The notes beneath the pieces were generated by a model. That model saw only the letters and a program-made list of their open reading frames with translations, was not told where the DNA came from and did not search any database. 64,000 nt of DNA from a bacterium (GTDB lineage Bacteria; Patescibacteriota; Gracilibacteria; UBA1369; GCA-2718715): contig PBFJ01000009.1 in the NCBI GenBank assembly GCA_002718715.1, positions 723 to 64,722 on the forward strand, written 5' to 3'. How positions within the stretch are numbered: position 1 is the stretch's first letter; each line of letters starts with the position of its first letter. Positions 28,201 through 36,676 of this stretch are shown here, in pieces. Made by a program: the position numbers and the translations under genes.

Positions 28201-28478
28201 AAGCCATGGAAAGTATAAATACTAACATCCAAAGCTGAGGCACCAATTAATTTGTATAATCTTTTTTGAAGATTTTTAGTAGCTGCATCTGTGAAAGTTA
28301 AACATAGAATATTTTGAGGAAGTGTATCAGTTTTTTTTAGTAAATTAGCAATTCTTAAACTTAATAATTCAGTTTTACCAGATCCAGGACCAGCAACTAC
28401 CATACATGGCCCATAAATATGGTCACAAGCTTCTTTTTGAGCATTATTCAAACGAGCATATCTTTCAGTAAACTTCAT
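25260..28478 (-). CDS. UvrD/PcrA/AddA-type superfamily 1 helicase fused to a C-terminal PD-(D/E)XK nuclease. I placed the start at MKFTERY.
   Basis: Walker A VVAGPGSGKTELL, DEFQDTN, VGDDDQAIYKFQGA, TAHSSKGLEFETVFI and VAMTRAK. C-terminal nuclease-like GSLVHGV...IDLLDI...KIVDFKTGK. The first 32 codons of the track ORF look like a spurious extension. Confidence 0.85.
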   Translation of the reverse strand: MKFTERYARLNNAQKEACDHIYGPCMVVAGPGSGKTELLSLRIANLLKKTDTLPQNILCLTFTDAATKNLQKRLYKLIGASALDVSIYTFHGFVNHILNSFNHKFENLKTLNDLKAQQVLYDLMSAQTLSNKLCVKNEGSFIYFSSVFSYINDFKKSALTPSELNRYISDLKTSYDSLNSLFNQIFKDRLSKKKIDFIYNQVSNFKFLDDEYSQYIKSQLLIALRTAVENEETKPLSKFKAEYLTKDQGELVLKSYLSIEKVESLISLYDDFQIKIKEENLASFDDLILDFLELLSTDNDFLMEVSEKFNFIMVDEFQDTNLAQMKILKLLLSNSNDFDPNLMVVGDDDQAIYKFQGASISNILEFKNLFSNVKTVVLNTNYRSTSQVVDYSQKLVNSLEKRVTSIFKDVNKNLDAFFKEKKGHVSYFTTTTFDAECIYLKNSIQKLINQNHDLSEIAVIARNNRDLKKLSEYFSKAEIPYELSLSKNIFEIEFIETLVEFVELVVLYNKGDRNFEAIFLNFILQNASEVERIKIWELGHKVRKSKSKLVDVFLESDDLDLKALIISFIELAGKFKDTPFLRVFYKYLDSKKNSFFESVFRNYFADFSSNQVLENFQSLKLLDSNLNDYFNNQNYTILNLSIFLELVKDLNYNMKLPVLFQKHEKKVNLITAHSSKGLEFETVFIIDCNEDKWNKGKISKIRLPETWNFVREKENREDFLRLFFVAMTRAKNNLVFTRHILKDSGREKNELSFMSPLELKENHVDIEVNIEDNVEAFELDIFEDFVLNKKESEYFHGLFKNWRLSATAITDFINIVDFNYQDFIQRHILKIPSQTNKFLIFGSLVHGVIEDLFSQNVNFDKYDEKVVIELLEGRLLRLPVFKEEKEDMIKKALILFPRIFKFFAMQNYKSPLVESFLSPKMPVDDTFINLIGAIDLLDIDKTSNVLKIVDFKTGKAIEDLDTLKGNENKKLKAFRYKVQLHFYVLLINLWYGKSFAAFQKSASLIFIEAKNINLMEVKLDFDPQFYEMLKNVIINVHKLISKNVSVDTSKYEKNFAGIQEFFVDLSNPDFKF

Positions 28479-28528
28479 AAAAATTATATATATATCATTA
28501 GAATTATACACAAAAAAATAAAATAAAA

Positions 28529-29842
28529 TTAAAAAATAAATTTTTTTCTTAAGAAGATATAAAAAATTGTACAAAAAAATAAAAATAAAATAATTCTAAA
28601 CATAAAATTATCTATAAAAAGAGTCATCACAGGAAATTTTTTAGTAAAATCAACAATCCAAAAAAAGTAAGTTGTAAATAAATCAATTAGAAAAAATATT
28701 ACGAAAGATAACAATTCAAAATTTAAAAGGTAAGAAACCAACAATAAAAGACCAAGATATAAAATTAAAGTTGCAGGAATCATTACAAGTAAATTGGAAA
28801 ATACAGTTAAGATTGGTAAAGATTTAAATGCAAAAAGTATAACAGGTAAAGTAAACCAAAAACTAACTAGATTGGCTTGTATTTCAAGCTTAAAATTATT
28901 AACAATTTTTTCAGTTTTTTTAACAGATATAAGTGCAAAAGTAGCTAAAAAACTTAAAGCGTAAGACAAATCGTAAACAATAAAATATGGATTGATTAAA
29001 AGCAAAGCATATGCAGAAAAATACAAGACCTTTAATGAATCTAATCGCAAAAAATTATATTCACCCCACAAATTTAACAAAGCCATCAAGCAAGCCCGTA
29101 AAACGCTTGTAGTTAAAGATGTGAAATACGCAAAAAATATTATAAAAATAGCATTTAAGTAAAAAGCAAAACGTCTACCAAAAATCCAAGTTATTTTTTT
29201 TAAAATCTCTAAAACTAACAAAACATTCATTCCCGAAACAGCAACTAAATGAGTTAAACCAACATATCTTAAATCTTCAGTTAAAAACTTAGAATAACCA
29301 GATCTATCCCCTATTAAAATACCTAAGAAAAGATTCGAAAGTGGATCATTTAAATTTCTTTGAACAAAATTCTTAAAATTAGCTTTAAAGTTATAAATTT
29401 CACCTAAAAAAGTTAGTTTTGAAGTTAAAACCTTATAATCATTAAATTCTAAAACTCCATTAACATTTAAAGATTTATAATAAGGCTTCCTTTCTGGATC
29501 AAATTTATACTTCCCTCCAATTAAATAAACTTCATCAGAATACTTAACTTCAGAATTCTTCGGAAAATAACTAATGAAAGAATCTTTGGAGTTACATAGA
29601 AAAACTAAATTATAATTTCGATAGTTAAAGACTTCTCTACATACATCAAATTGACTACCTATAATTAAATTCTGAGTATCCAAAAACATAAAACACCTTA
29701 TAAGCAAGAGTAAAATCAAAAATAATTCAAGATTAAATTTTTTGTTTACAATTAAAAAAATTAAAACCCAAACTATAGCAAGTGTTAAACTCAAGTTAAA
29801 AAAAATTGGAAGCAATAATGCAGAGATATAAAACATATACAC
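28529..29842 (-). CDS. comEC: ComEC/Rec2-family DNA internalisation channel, competence domain only
   Basis: Polytopic membrane protein with LFLGILIGDRSGYSKFLTEDLRYVGLTHLVAVSGMNV, the ComEC competence-domain signature. At 437 aa there is no room for a metallo-beta-lactamase domain. Confidence 0.8.
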   Translation of the reverse strand: MYMFYISALLLPIFFNLSLTLAIVWVLIFLIVNKKFNLELFLILLLLIRCFMFLDTQNLIIGSQFDVCREVFNYRNYNLVFLCNSKDSFISYFPKNSEVKYSDEVYLIGGKYKFDPERKPYYKSLNVNGVLEFNDYKVLTSKLTFLGEIYNFKANFKNFVQRNLNDPLSNLFLGILIGDRSGYSKFLTEDLRYVGLTHLVAVSGMNVLLVLEILKKITWIFGRRFAFYLNAIFIIFFAYFTSLTTSVLRACLMALLNLWGEYNFLRLDSLKVLYFSAYALLLINPYFIVYDLSYALSFLATFALISVKKTEKIVNNFKLEIQANLVSFWFTLPVILFAFKSLPILTVFSNLLVMIPATLILYLGLLLLVSYLLNFELLSFVIFFLIDLFTTYFFWIVDFTKKFPVMTLFIDNFMFRIILFLFFCTIFYIFLRKKFIF

Positions 29843-29935
29843 AATTTAAATTAAGCATTTAACAACTTGTTAAAAACTCTAAAAGAATTGAATTTTAATA
29901 AAAAAAAGCTAAAATAATTAAAAATAAAAAATAAA

Positions 29936-31513
29936 ATGGATTTTAAAGTAAAGAAAATCTCAAAAACTAAAAAAAACAAGAAAGTAGATTGGAAATTTTT
30001 TAAGAATAAATTAGAAACATTAATTAAAAAAAATTATAAATTATCAATTCTATTATTATTGATACTAATATCAATTGGACTATTTAGAAGCTTTAATGCA
30101 ACTGAAAAAATTACGGAATTTGTGGCCAGTTCAATTACTGAAAAAATTGAAAAAAACAAATTTAACTATACTAATATTTTAGTAACAGGAATTGGAGGTG
30201 AAAAACATGATGGAGCTTATTTAACAGATAGTTTAATTTTAGCAAGTGTAAACCCTTCTAAAGAGCATGTTATTTTGACATCAATACCAAGAGATGTATT
30301 TATTGAATCTGAAGATTTTACAAACCAAAGAGTCAACAGTATATACGCAAACCACCAAAAGCTTGGACATGAAATTGCAATGGGACACCTATCTAAAAGC
30401 CTTGAAGATTTATTAGGACAAGAGATACATTATTCTATAATGATTGATTTTAACGCTGTTATAGATATAATTAATATTTTAGACGGGATTCAAATTTATA
30501 ATCCAGAAACAATATACGATCCATTTTATCCAGGTCCAAACTTCACATTTCAAACCTTCACTCTTCCTCCAGGTTATCAAAACTTAGATGGTCAAACTAC
30601 ACTAAAGTTTATAAGAACAAGAAAAACAAGTTCAGACTTTGCAAGATCTAAAAGACAACAACAAGTTATGATTGCCATGAAAGAAAAAGCTACTTCTTTA
30701 AACCTTTTTGCAACACCCAATAAAATTATAGATATTATCTCAGCTGTAGAAAAAAATATTCAAACTGACTTAAGTAAAACTCAAATTTTAAGTCTTGCTC
30801 AAAAATTTAAAGATGTAAATTATAGAAAGTTTACAAATTTAGTTCTAAATGACAATCAAAATACAGAAGGAAGCTTTATTTACTCTCCTCCTTTAAGTGA
30901 ATATAATAATGCATATGTACTAGTTCCATTGGATGAAACTAACCAAGAAATAAAAACATATATTCAACTTAACCAAGAATTTAATAAAGCAATGAAATTT
31001 AATGGAAAGTTGGTAGTTAAAAATGGTACGAAAATACCAGGACTAGCATTAAAGTTTTCACAAATTCTTAAAAGATACGGATTTGAAGTTAACAGTATTG
31101 AAAACGCAGATTCAAAAAACTATGTTTCTACAGTTATTTCAAACTACGACTTAGCAGGAAGCAATACCTTAAACGCACTTATGAAAATAATTCCAGAATC
31201 TATAGAAAAAACAATATCCGTAACCGATCCAGACATACCTATTTACACAGAAATCATTCTAGGAGAAGACATTGGTTTAAAAATAAATGAAATTGACTCA
31301 TACAATCAAAAAGTTCCAATAATTATAAAAGCTCAAAATGAATTTGAAGAGTTTAAAAACAAGAACTATTCACAAGAACTTACAGGCAGCAAAACAGATG
31401 AATTGAAAAGCGCAAATCAAGTCGAAACTATAAATCAATCAAATTTAGAAGAAAATACTAACCCTGAAAATAATATTCAAGAGAATAAAAACTTAACCAA
31501 TCAAGATGCTTGA
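29936..31513 (+). CDS. LytR-CpsA-Psr (LCP) family cell-wall polymer transferase
   Basis: N-terminal TM, NILVTGIGGEKHDGAYLTDSLILASVNP...LTSIPRDV, RTRKTSSDFARSKRQQQV, plus a C-terminal LytR_C-like domain. It ends in TGA. Confidence 0.85.
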   Translation: MDFKVKKISKTKKNKKVDWKFFKNKLETLIKKNYKLSILLLLILISIGLFRSFNATEKITEFVASSITEKIEKNKFNYTNILVTGIGGEKHDGAYLTDSLILASVNPSKEHVILTSIPRDVFIESEDFTNQRVNSIYANHQKLGHEIAMGHLSKSLEDLLGQEIHYSIMIDFNAVIDIINILDGIQIYNPETIYDPFYPGPNFTFQTFTLPPGYQNLDGQTTLKFIRTRKTSSDFARSKRQQQVMIAMKEKATSLNLFATPNKIIDIISAVEKNIQTDLSKTQILSLAQKFKDVNYRKFTNLVLNDNQNTEGSFIYSPPLSEYNNAYVLVPLDETNQEIKTYIQLNQEFNKAMKFNGKLVVKNGTKIPGLALKFSQILKRYGFEVNSIENADSKNYVSTVISNYDLAGSNTLNALMKIIPESIEKTISVTDPDIPIYTEIILGEDIGLKINEIDSYNQKVPIIIKAQNEFEEFKNKNYSQELTGSKTDELKSANQVETINQSNLEENTNPENNIQENKNLTNQDA

Positions 31514-32315
31514 TATATCAAATATCGATTGGATTGAATATCTTCAAGCCAACTCATTTAAAATTCCATTTTTAACAAAGCAAGAAATTTATGTACACCC
31601 CAACATAAATGCGAAAAGTGCTCTAATTTATGATATTAAAAAAGATAAAATTGTTTATTCTAAACAAGAAAATCTTAAACTTCCTATAGCAAGTCTTACA
31701 AAGTTAATGACAGCTTTAATAATTGCAGAAGAAAATTTAGATTATGAAATTTTTAAAGTATCGCAAAACTCTTCAGAAATTGTTGGATCTAAAATGAATC
31801 TGAATAAAGGAGATCAAATAAGTGTTAATGATCTTTTACATGGACTTTTAATTAACTCAGGAAATGATGCAGCATATACTTTAGCCGAAGGAAATGCAGG
31901 AGATGTTAAAAAATTTGTTAAGAAGATGAATAAAAAAGCTGAATTGCTAGGGATGAAAAACACAAACTTCACAAATCCAGCCGGATTAGATTTCAAAGAA
32001 AACTTTTCTACAAGCCAGGACCTACTTATTCTTAGCAAGGAATTGTTAAAATACAATAAAATATTAGAAATAAGTTCTAAAAAGAAATTTAAAGCAAAAA
32101 ACTTTCAACAAAATAAAACTTATAATTTAATAAATACCAATTCAGAACTTAATAACTTTTTAAAGATAAAAGGTCTTAAAACAGGAAAAACTCCCATTGC
32201 AAAAGAATGCTTTATAGGAGTAACCGATTCAAAAAACCCGCAACTTTCAATAGTAATAGGATCAAATAACAGATTCTTAGATACAAAAACTCTACTTTAT
32301 ATTTATAACAAATAA
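31506..32315 (+). CDS. D-alanyl-D-alanine carboxypeptidase (S11 penicillin-binding protein)
   Basis: SxxK (ASLTKLMT), SxN (NSGNDAA) and KTG (LKTGKT) motifs in the correct order. It overlaps the LCP gene by 8 nt. Confidence 0.85.
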   Translation: MLDISNIDWIEYLQANSFKIPFLTKQEIYVHPNINAKSALIYDIKKDKIVYSKQENLKLPIASLTKLMTALIIAEENLDYEIFKVSQNSSEIVGSKMNLNKGDQISVNDLLHGLLINSGNDAAYTLAEGNAGDVKKFVKKMNKKAELLGMKNTNFTNPAGLDFKENFSTSQDLLILSKELLKYNKILEISSKKKFKAKNFQQNKTYNLINTNSELNNFLKIKGLKTGKTPIAKECFIGVTDSKNPQLSIVIGSNNRFLDTKTLLYIYNK

Positions 32316-32317
32316 AA

Positions 32318-33361
32318 ATGAACCTTATATTTTCTAAATTTGGATTAATATTTATCTCGTCTTTCTTAAGCTTTTCATTATCAGCTTTGTTAGCTCCAAC
32401 CTTAATTAAAATTCTAAAAAAATATCAATTTGGAGCAGTAATCAAAGAAGAAACAATAATGAATCAAAAAACTCCTCTATTTAATAAACTCCATAAAAAA
32501 AAGACGGGAACACCAACTATGGGTGGCTTATTAATTTGGACAATTACAGCTTTAATTTGTTTTGCCTCTATACTACTTGTGAAATTTGATATAACCAGCT
32601 TCTCATTAATTAACAGAAAAGAAACTTATATTGCACTATTTACTTTAGTATCACTAGGAATACTTGGAGCAGTAGATGATATATTCAACGTAAAAAAAAT
32701 AGGGAAGGTAAAAGGATTATCAGCAAAGGTAAAAATGATATTTTTATTACTTATAAGCTTTATTGGTGGTCTTTGGTTCTATTTCAAGTTGGATGCGAGC
32801 AGTATATTAGTTTTCGGTCATACGATCGAATTAGGAGTATTATATATTCCTCTTTTTATGTTTGTTATTACCGGAAGTGCAAATGCAGTAAATTTTACAG
32901 ATGGATTAGATGGACTTGCCGGAGGACTATCAATTCTATCATTTATATCATATGCAATTGTTGCTTACTTCCAAGGACTATTTCTACTTGCAACTCTTTG
33001 TATTATAATCGCTTCAACAACATTAGGATTTTTATGGCATAACATTCCACCCGCTAAATTTTTTATGGGTGACACCGGATCTTTAGCTCTTGGTGGAACT
33101 TTAGGAGTAATAGCAATGCTTACAAATACAGTAGCGCTACTTCCTTTTGTAGCATTTATATCGGTTGTTGAGACATTAAGCGTGATCATTCAATTAACTT
33201 CAAAAAAACTATTTGGTAAAAAAGTATTTTTAATAGCTCCAATACACCATCACTTTGAAGCTAAAGGATGGCCAGAGTTCAAGGTAACCATGAGATTTTG
33301 GATCATTGGTACTTATTTCGCAGGACTTGGAATTTTACTGCACTTTTATAAATTAATTTAA
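32318..33361 (+). CDS. mraY: Phospho-N-acetylmuramoyl-pentapeptide transferase
   Basis: KKKTGTPTMGG, VDDIFNV, NAVNFTDGLDGLA, FMGDTGSLALGG and PIHHHFE. Confidence 0.94.
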   Translation: MNLIFSKFGLIFISSFLSFSLSALLAPTLIKILKKYQFGAVIKEETIMNQKTPLFNKLHKKKTGTPTMGGLLIWTITALICFASILLVKFDITSFSLINRKETYIALFTLVSLGILGAVDDIFNVKKIGKVKGLSAKVKMIFLLLISFIGGLWFYFKLDASSILVFGHTIELGVLYIPLFMFVITGSANAVNFTDGLDGLAGGLSILSFISYAIVAYFQGLFLLATLCIIIASTTLGFLWHNIPPAKFFMGDTGSLALGGTLGVIAMLTNTVALLPFVAFISVVETLSVIIQLTSKKLFGKKVFLIAPIHHHFEAKGWPEFKVTMRFWIIGTYFAGLGILLHFYKLI

Positions 33362-34906
33362 CTAGAAGTTAATCGAATCCAATAGTAAGTTTTTATCAAC
33401 AGAAGATATTTCTAAATTAATACCTGAATCTTGGTCTAAACTTAAAACAGATGTTGAGGTTAATTTATTAAAAGTATCTAATGAAAAATTATTAATCTGA
33501 TTTTCAATCTTAAGTATAAGGTCTGTTTTTTCTTCAGGAATAAAATTTCGTAACAAATAAAGAGTTTTTAAAACAGTAAATTTATTTTTAGAATATTTTA
33601 AGTTAATAACATCAATATTATTTTCTAAAATGTGAAGGTATGAATTTATAATATCAACATCAATAATATCTGAATAATAAACAAATAAAACTTCTAGAAA
33701 ATCAGATTTCAAAGGCAGTAAAAACTCTAACTCTAACACATTGGAATTAATATCAATATTAGTAGTTACCCATTTAATAAAGAATGAATACAAATTAGTT
33801 TTAGATAAATCATCTAAAGAGGATTTATTTAATTCATCTCTAAAATCAATAATTTCTGCTTTTAATTTATCTAAACTATCATTAAAAGAATCTAAATCTT
33901 TCTTAAGACCATAATTCACAACCTTATTATAAACAAGCTTTATAATATCTAATTGATTATTAAATCTATCAAATTCTGAAATTTCAATCATGTTCGATAA
34001 TTTTAAAGAAATTAACATTTTATTAATCTCATACAAAGAAAGATCTCTAGAAGCTAAATATTTATCCACAGTTGACTTTCTTAACTGTTTATCTAAGTCT
34101 ATATTTTTAAGAATAAAAAGATTATTAGATTTTATAAGCTGATCATTAAAAAGTGAGATTTTGAAAGAATCACCGGCTTTTAAATTGTAAGTATTTGAAT
34201 TAAAATTATTACAATCTAAAGTTAAATCATTCTTAAAATTTTTGATATAAAGAGCCGAATTAGCAACCTTAATATAAAAAACTGAGTCGTTCAAGGATTG
34301 AACATCACAAATAGGAGTCTTAATTTTAAAATCAAGCGAAGAATTAAAATTAGAGGTAAAGTTAACCCAATATTCACCATCTAAGGCAGTAAGCTCAAAA
34401 TTAGTTTGTTCATTAGAATGATGAAATTGATCAAATACAAAATAAGAATCATTAGAAGTTCTAAATTCTGAAAAATCAGATAATTTCAAATTAGAAAAAG
34501 ATGTAGTACTTATTTTATCACCTTCAAGCAAATTAGCCTTTTGAAAAACAGATTTATTTTTAAGTCTATTAATCGTAAAGTCAGAATTAGATTCTAAAAA
34601 AGGAGAAAAGTCAGCTTGAGAGGTTGATATAAAAACGGGCAAAGCTAAATTAGCAAAAATTACAACAAGCATCATAAAAGAAGCATACTGTAATTTTTGT
34701 AACTTAAAACCTTCAATAAAAGCATTAACTTTTATTTTAAATAAAATTAAGAACTTCTTAAACAAGCTCAATTTAACAGATTGAATAGAATCCTTAATTT
34801 GATTTTTAAAATGAATATTCGAAAGCATTTGATTTTTATCATCAAATTTCACATTTTGGATAGCGATCTTTAATTCTTTTTCAAAATTTTTCATAAAAAT
34901 ATTCAT
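33362..34906 (-). CDS. Bitopic membrane protein downstream of the ECF sigma factor. It is a candidate anti-sigma/sensor, otherwise unknown.
   Basis: TM ASFMMLVVIFANLALPVFIS at about residues 75-95, with a large external domain. Its start is 28 nt after the sigma gene stop. No zf-HC2 motif is visible. Confidence 0.45.
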   Translation of the reverse strand: MNIFMKNFEKELKIAIQNVKFDDKNQMLSNIHFKNQIKDSIQSVKLSLFKKFLILFKIKVNAFIEGFKLQKLQYASFMMLVVIFANLALPVFISTSQADFSPFLESNSDFTINRLKNKSVFQKANLLEGDKISTTSFSNLKLSDFSEFRTSNDSYFVFDQFHHSNEQTNFELTALDGEYWVNFTSNFNSSLDFKIKTPICDVQSLNDSVFYIKVANSALYIKNFKNDLTLDCNNFNSNTYNLKAGDSFKISLFNDQLIKSNNLFILKNIDLDKQLRKSTVDKYLASRDLSLYEINKMLISLKLSNMIEISEFDRFNNQLDIIKLVYNKVVNYGLKKDLDSFNDSLDKLKAEIIDFRDELNKSSLDDLSKTNLYSFFIKWVTTNIDINSNVLELEFLLPLKSDFLEVLFVYYSDIIDVDIINSYLHILENNIDVINLKYSKNKFTVLKTLYLLRNFIPEEKTDLILKIENQINNFSLDTFNKLTSTSVLSLDQDSGINLEISSVDKNLLLDSINF

Positions 34907-34934
34907 TTTTCATATATATATACGATAAAAATAA

Positions 34935-35486
34935 CTAAATGTTACTTTCGTTTATTCCCATATCCTTAAAAATCTGTTTTAACTTACTTAGAGTTCTAGT
35001 CATTGATACTCTTAATGCACCTGAATTTTTACCCATCACCTGCGAAATCTCATCATAAGACATATCTGAAATAAAACGCATTTCAACCAATTGTCTTTCA
35101 GATTCATTTAACTTTTGAAAAGCTAACTTTAAAGTTTGAGCATTCATCGCTAAGTTGGCTTCCAAATTAATATTAATCTGATCATCTTCAATATGATCAG
35201 TTAACTCTAAATTTTGATCTTTTTTTGTGCGGATAAAATCAATAAGACTATTTCTAGCAATAGAATAAATCCAAGTTTTAATTGAAGACTTGGAATCATC
35301 AAAGTTACACATGTTCTTAAAGATCTTAGTAAAAATTTCCTCTACTAAATCCTCTGCATCCTCTTTTGAATTTAAACGAAAATAGCAAAATTGATATAAT
35401 GGATCTATAAAATCTTTAAAAACTTGATTAAATGACTCTACATTACCGTTTTTAAAAGTATCAATAAAATCTTTTGTGTATTTCAA
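34935..35486 (-). CDS. ECF-type RNA polymerase sigma-70 family factor
   Basis: Region 2 (FKDFIDPLYQFCYFRL...AEDLVEEIFTKIF...WIYSIARNSLIDFIR) and region 4 (LNESERQLVEMRFISDMSYDEISQVMGKNSGALRVSMTRTLSKLK). Confidence 0.85.
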   Translation of the reverse strand: MKYTKDFIDTFKNGNVESFNQVFKDFIDPLYQFCYFRLNSKEDAEDLVEEIFTKIFKNMCNFDDSKSSIKTWIYSIARNSLIDFIRTKKDQNLELTDHIEDDQININLEANLAMNAQTLKLAFQKLNESERQLVEMRFISDMSYDEISQVMGKNSGALRVSMTRTLSKLKQIFKDMGINESNI

Positions 35487-35495
35487 AAATCAATA

Positions 35496-36392
35496 TTATT
35501 TTTTAACATTTAACACCAATTCCGCAAATAAGTCAACCTCCACTGACGATCCGATAACTAATGAGGAATTTTGGTGTATATTAGTAGGAACTAAATCTAA
35601 AATATTCTGTCCATAATGATTAATACTCTTTGCGTTTAATGAGCATAAAATATGAGAAACAGGAGCAACTTCATACAATAAGCGTAGTTTTCCATCAATA
35701 TACTTATCATCATTTAAATAAATAAAAATACCTCCAGCTTTTGATAATATAAAATGAACATCTGAAATTAAACAAGCAAAGTATCTTAACTTTAAACCAT
35801 TATCCAAACGAGATAATAGATAATCTTTGTATGCAGAATTACTAGATAATAATTTTAAATTTCCCGGTGCAATATTTTTCGCAAGTTCTAAAATCGTATC
35901 AACATCTTTAATATGAAATTCATTATCTAAATATTCTAGGTGGGTAACATTATCATTATAATTTATAAGCAAAGAATTGTTTTTTCCAATGTGAAAATAA
36001 AAAGACATGACTAAAGAATCCTTCAAAGGTGAATCAAAAACTTTGTCATTGTCATAAACAGCGAAAACCATACCAACAGCCTGGTTAGTACTAATCAAAG
36101 ACGAACCATCTAAAGGATCAAAACAAACCAAATACTTACCATCATCATTCATTTTAATTAATTCATCTTCTTCTTCAGATGCTATAGAATGAATAAATTC
36201 TAGATCAAATAAAGCTTCCTTTACTAATTCATTTGCAAAAAGATCTAATTGCATACTTTGCTCACCATGAACATTAACAGTATCTGATTCATCTAGATAC
36301 TTAGAAGTGGCAGATCTTAAATTATTAGGAATATCAATTAACTTTTCAAGAATTCTTTGAAGGTCAATTGGCAAATTGATATTTGAGAGCAT
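35496..36392 (-). CDS. fbp: Fructose-1,6-bisphosphatase class 1 (compact)
   Basis: GEQSMQLDLFANE, the metal site FDPLDGSSLISTN, and GKLRLLYEVAP, all typical of FBPase I. Confidence 0.82.
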   Translation of the reverse strand: MLSNINLPIDLQRILEKLIDIPNNLRSATSKYLDESDTVNVHGEQSMQLDLFANELVKEALFDLEFIHSIASEEEDELIKMNDDGKYLVCFDPLDGSSLISTNQAVGMVFAVYDNDKVFDSPLKDSLVMSFYFHIGKNNSLLINYNDNVTHLEYLDNEFHIKDVDTILELAKNIAPGNLKLLSSNSAYKDYLLSRLDNGLKLRYFACLISDVHFILSKAGGIFIYLNDDKYIDGKLRLLYEVAPVSHILCSLNAKSINHYGQNILDLVPTNIHQNSSLVIGSSVEVDLFAELVLNVKK

Positions 36393-36668
36393 TTACTTTA
36401 AAGCTAAACGATTACTTACTGAAATAAATTGTACATTTGAAGCTGGTACCATATTTTGAATCCGACTTGAATCTATTATGTAATCTAAACTTTGCGAACG
36501 AGAAATGTCTAAATTTATTTTTTCCTGCTCAGAATACACTAATTCAGAATTAACTGAAAGGTTTGTTATATTCGAACCAAAATTAATTGATTCATGAAAA
36601 TTTTGAATATAAGAGAACAACAAGAAGGTAATTGATACTAGTCCCAATAAAAAGAACTTATGAAACAT
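36393..36668 (-). CDS. Small bitopic membrane protein in the ftsL position downstream of rsmH
   Basis: N-terminal TM FFLLGLVSITFLLFSYI. The call rests on position only. Confidence 0.35.
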   Translation of the reverse strand: MFHKFFLLGLVSITFLLFSYIQNFHESINFGSNITNLSVNSELVYSEQEKINLDISRSQSLDYIIDSSRIQNMVPASNVQFISVSNRLALK

Positions 36669-36676
36669 TTTTGAAA

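Noticed and set aside
28479-28574. A 32-codon 5' extension of the helicase-nuclease ORF that overlaps the comEC 3' end
   Set aside because: The translation MYNFLYLLKKKIYFLILFYFFVYNSNDIYIIF is typical AT-rich noise. The conserved helicase N-terminus begins at MKFTERYARLNNAQKEA (ATG at 28478).
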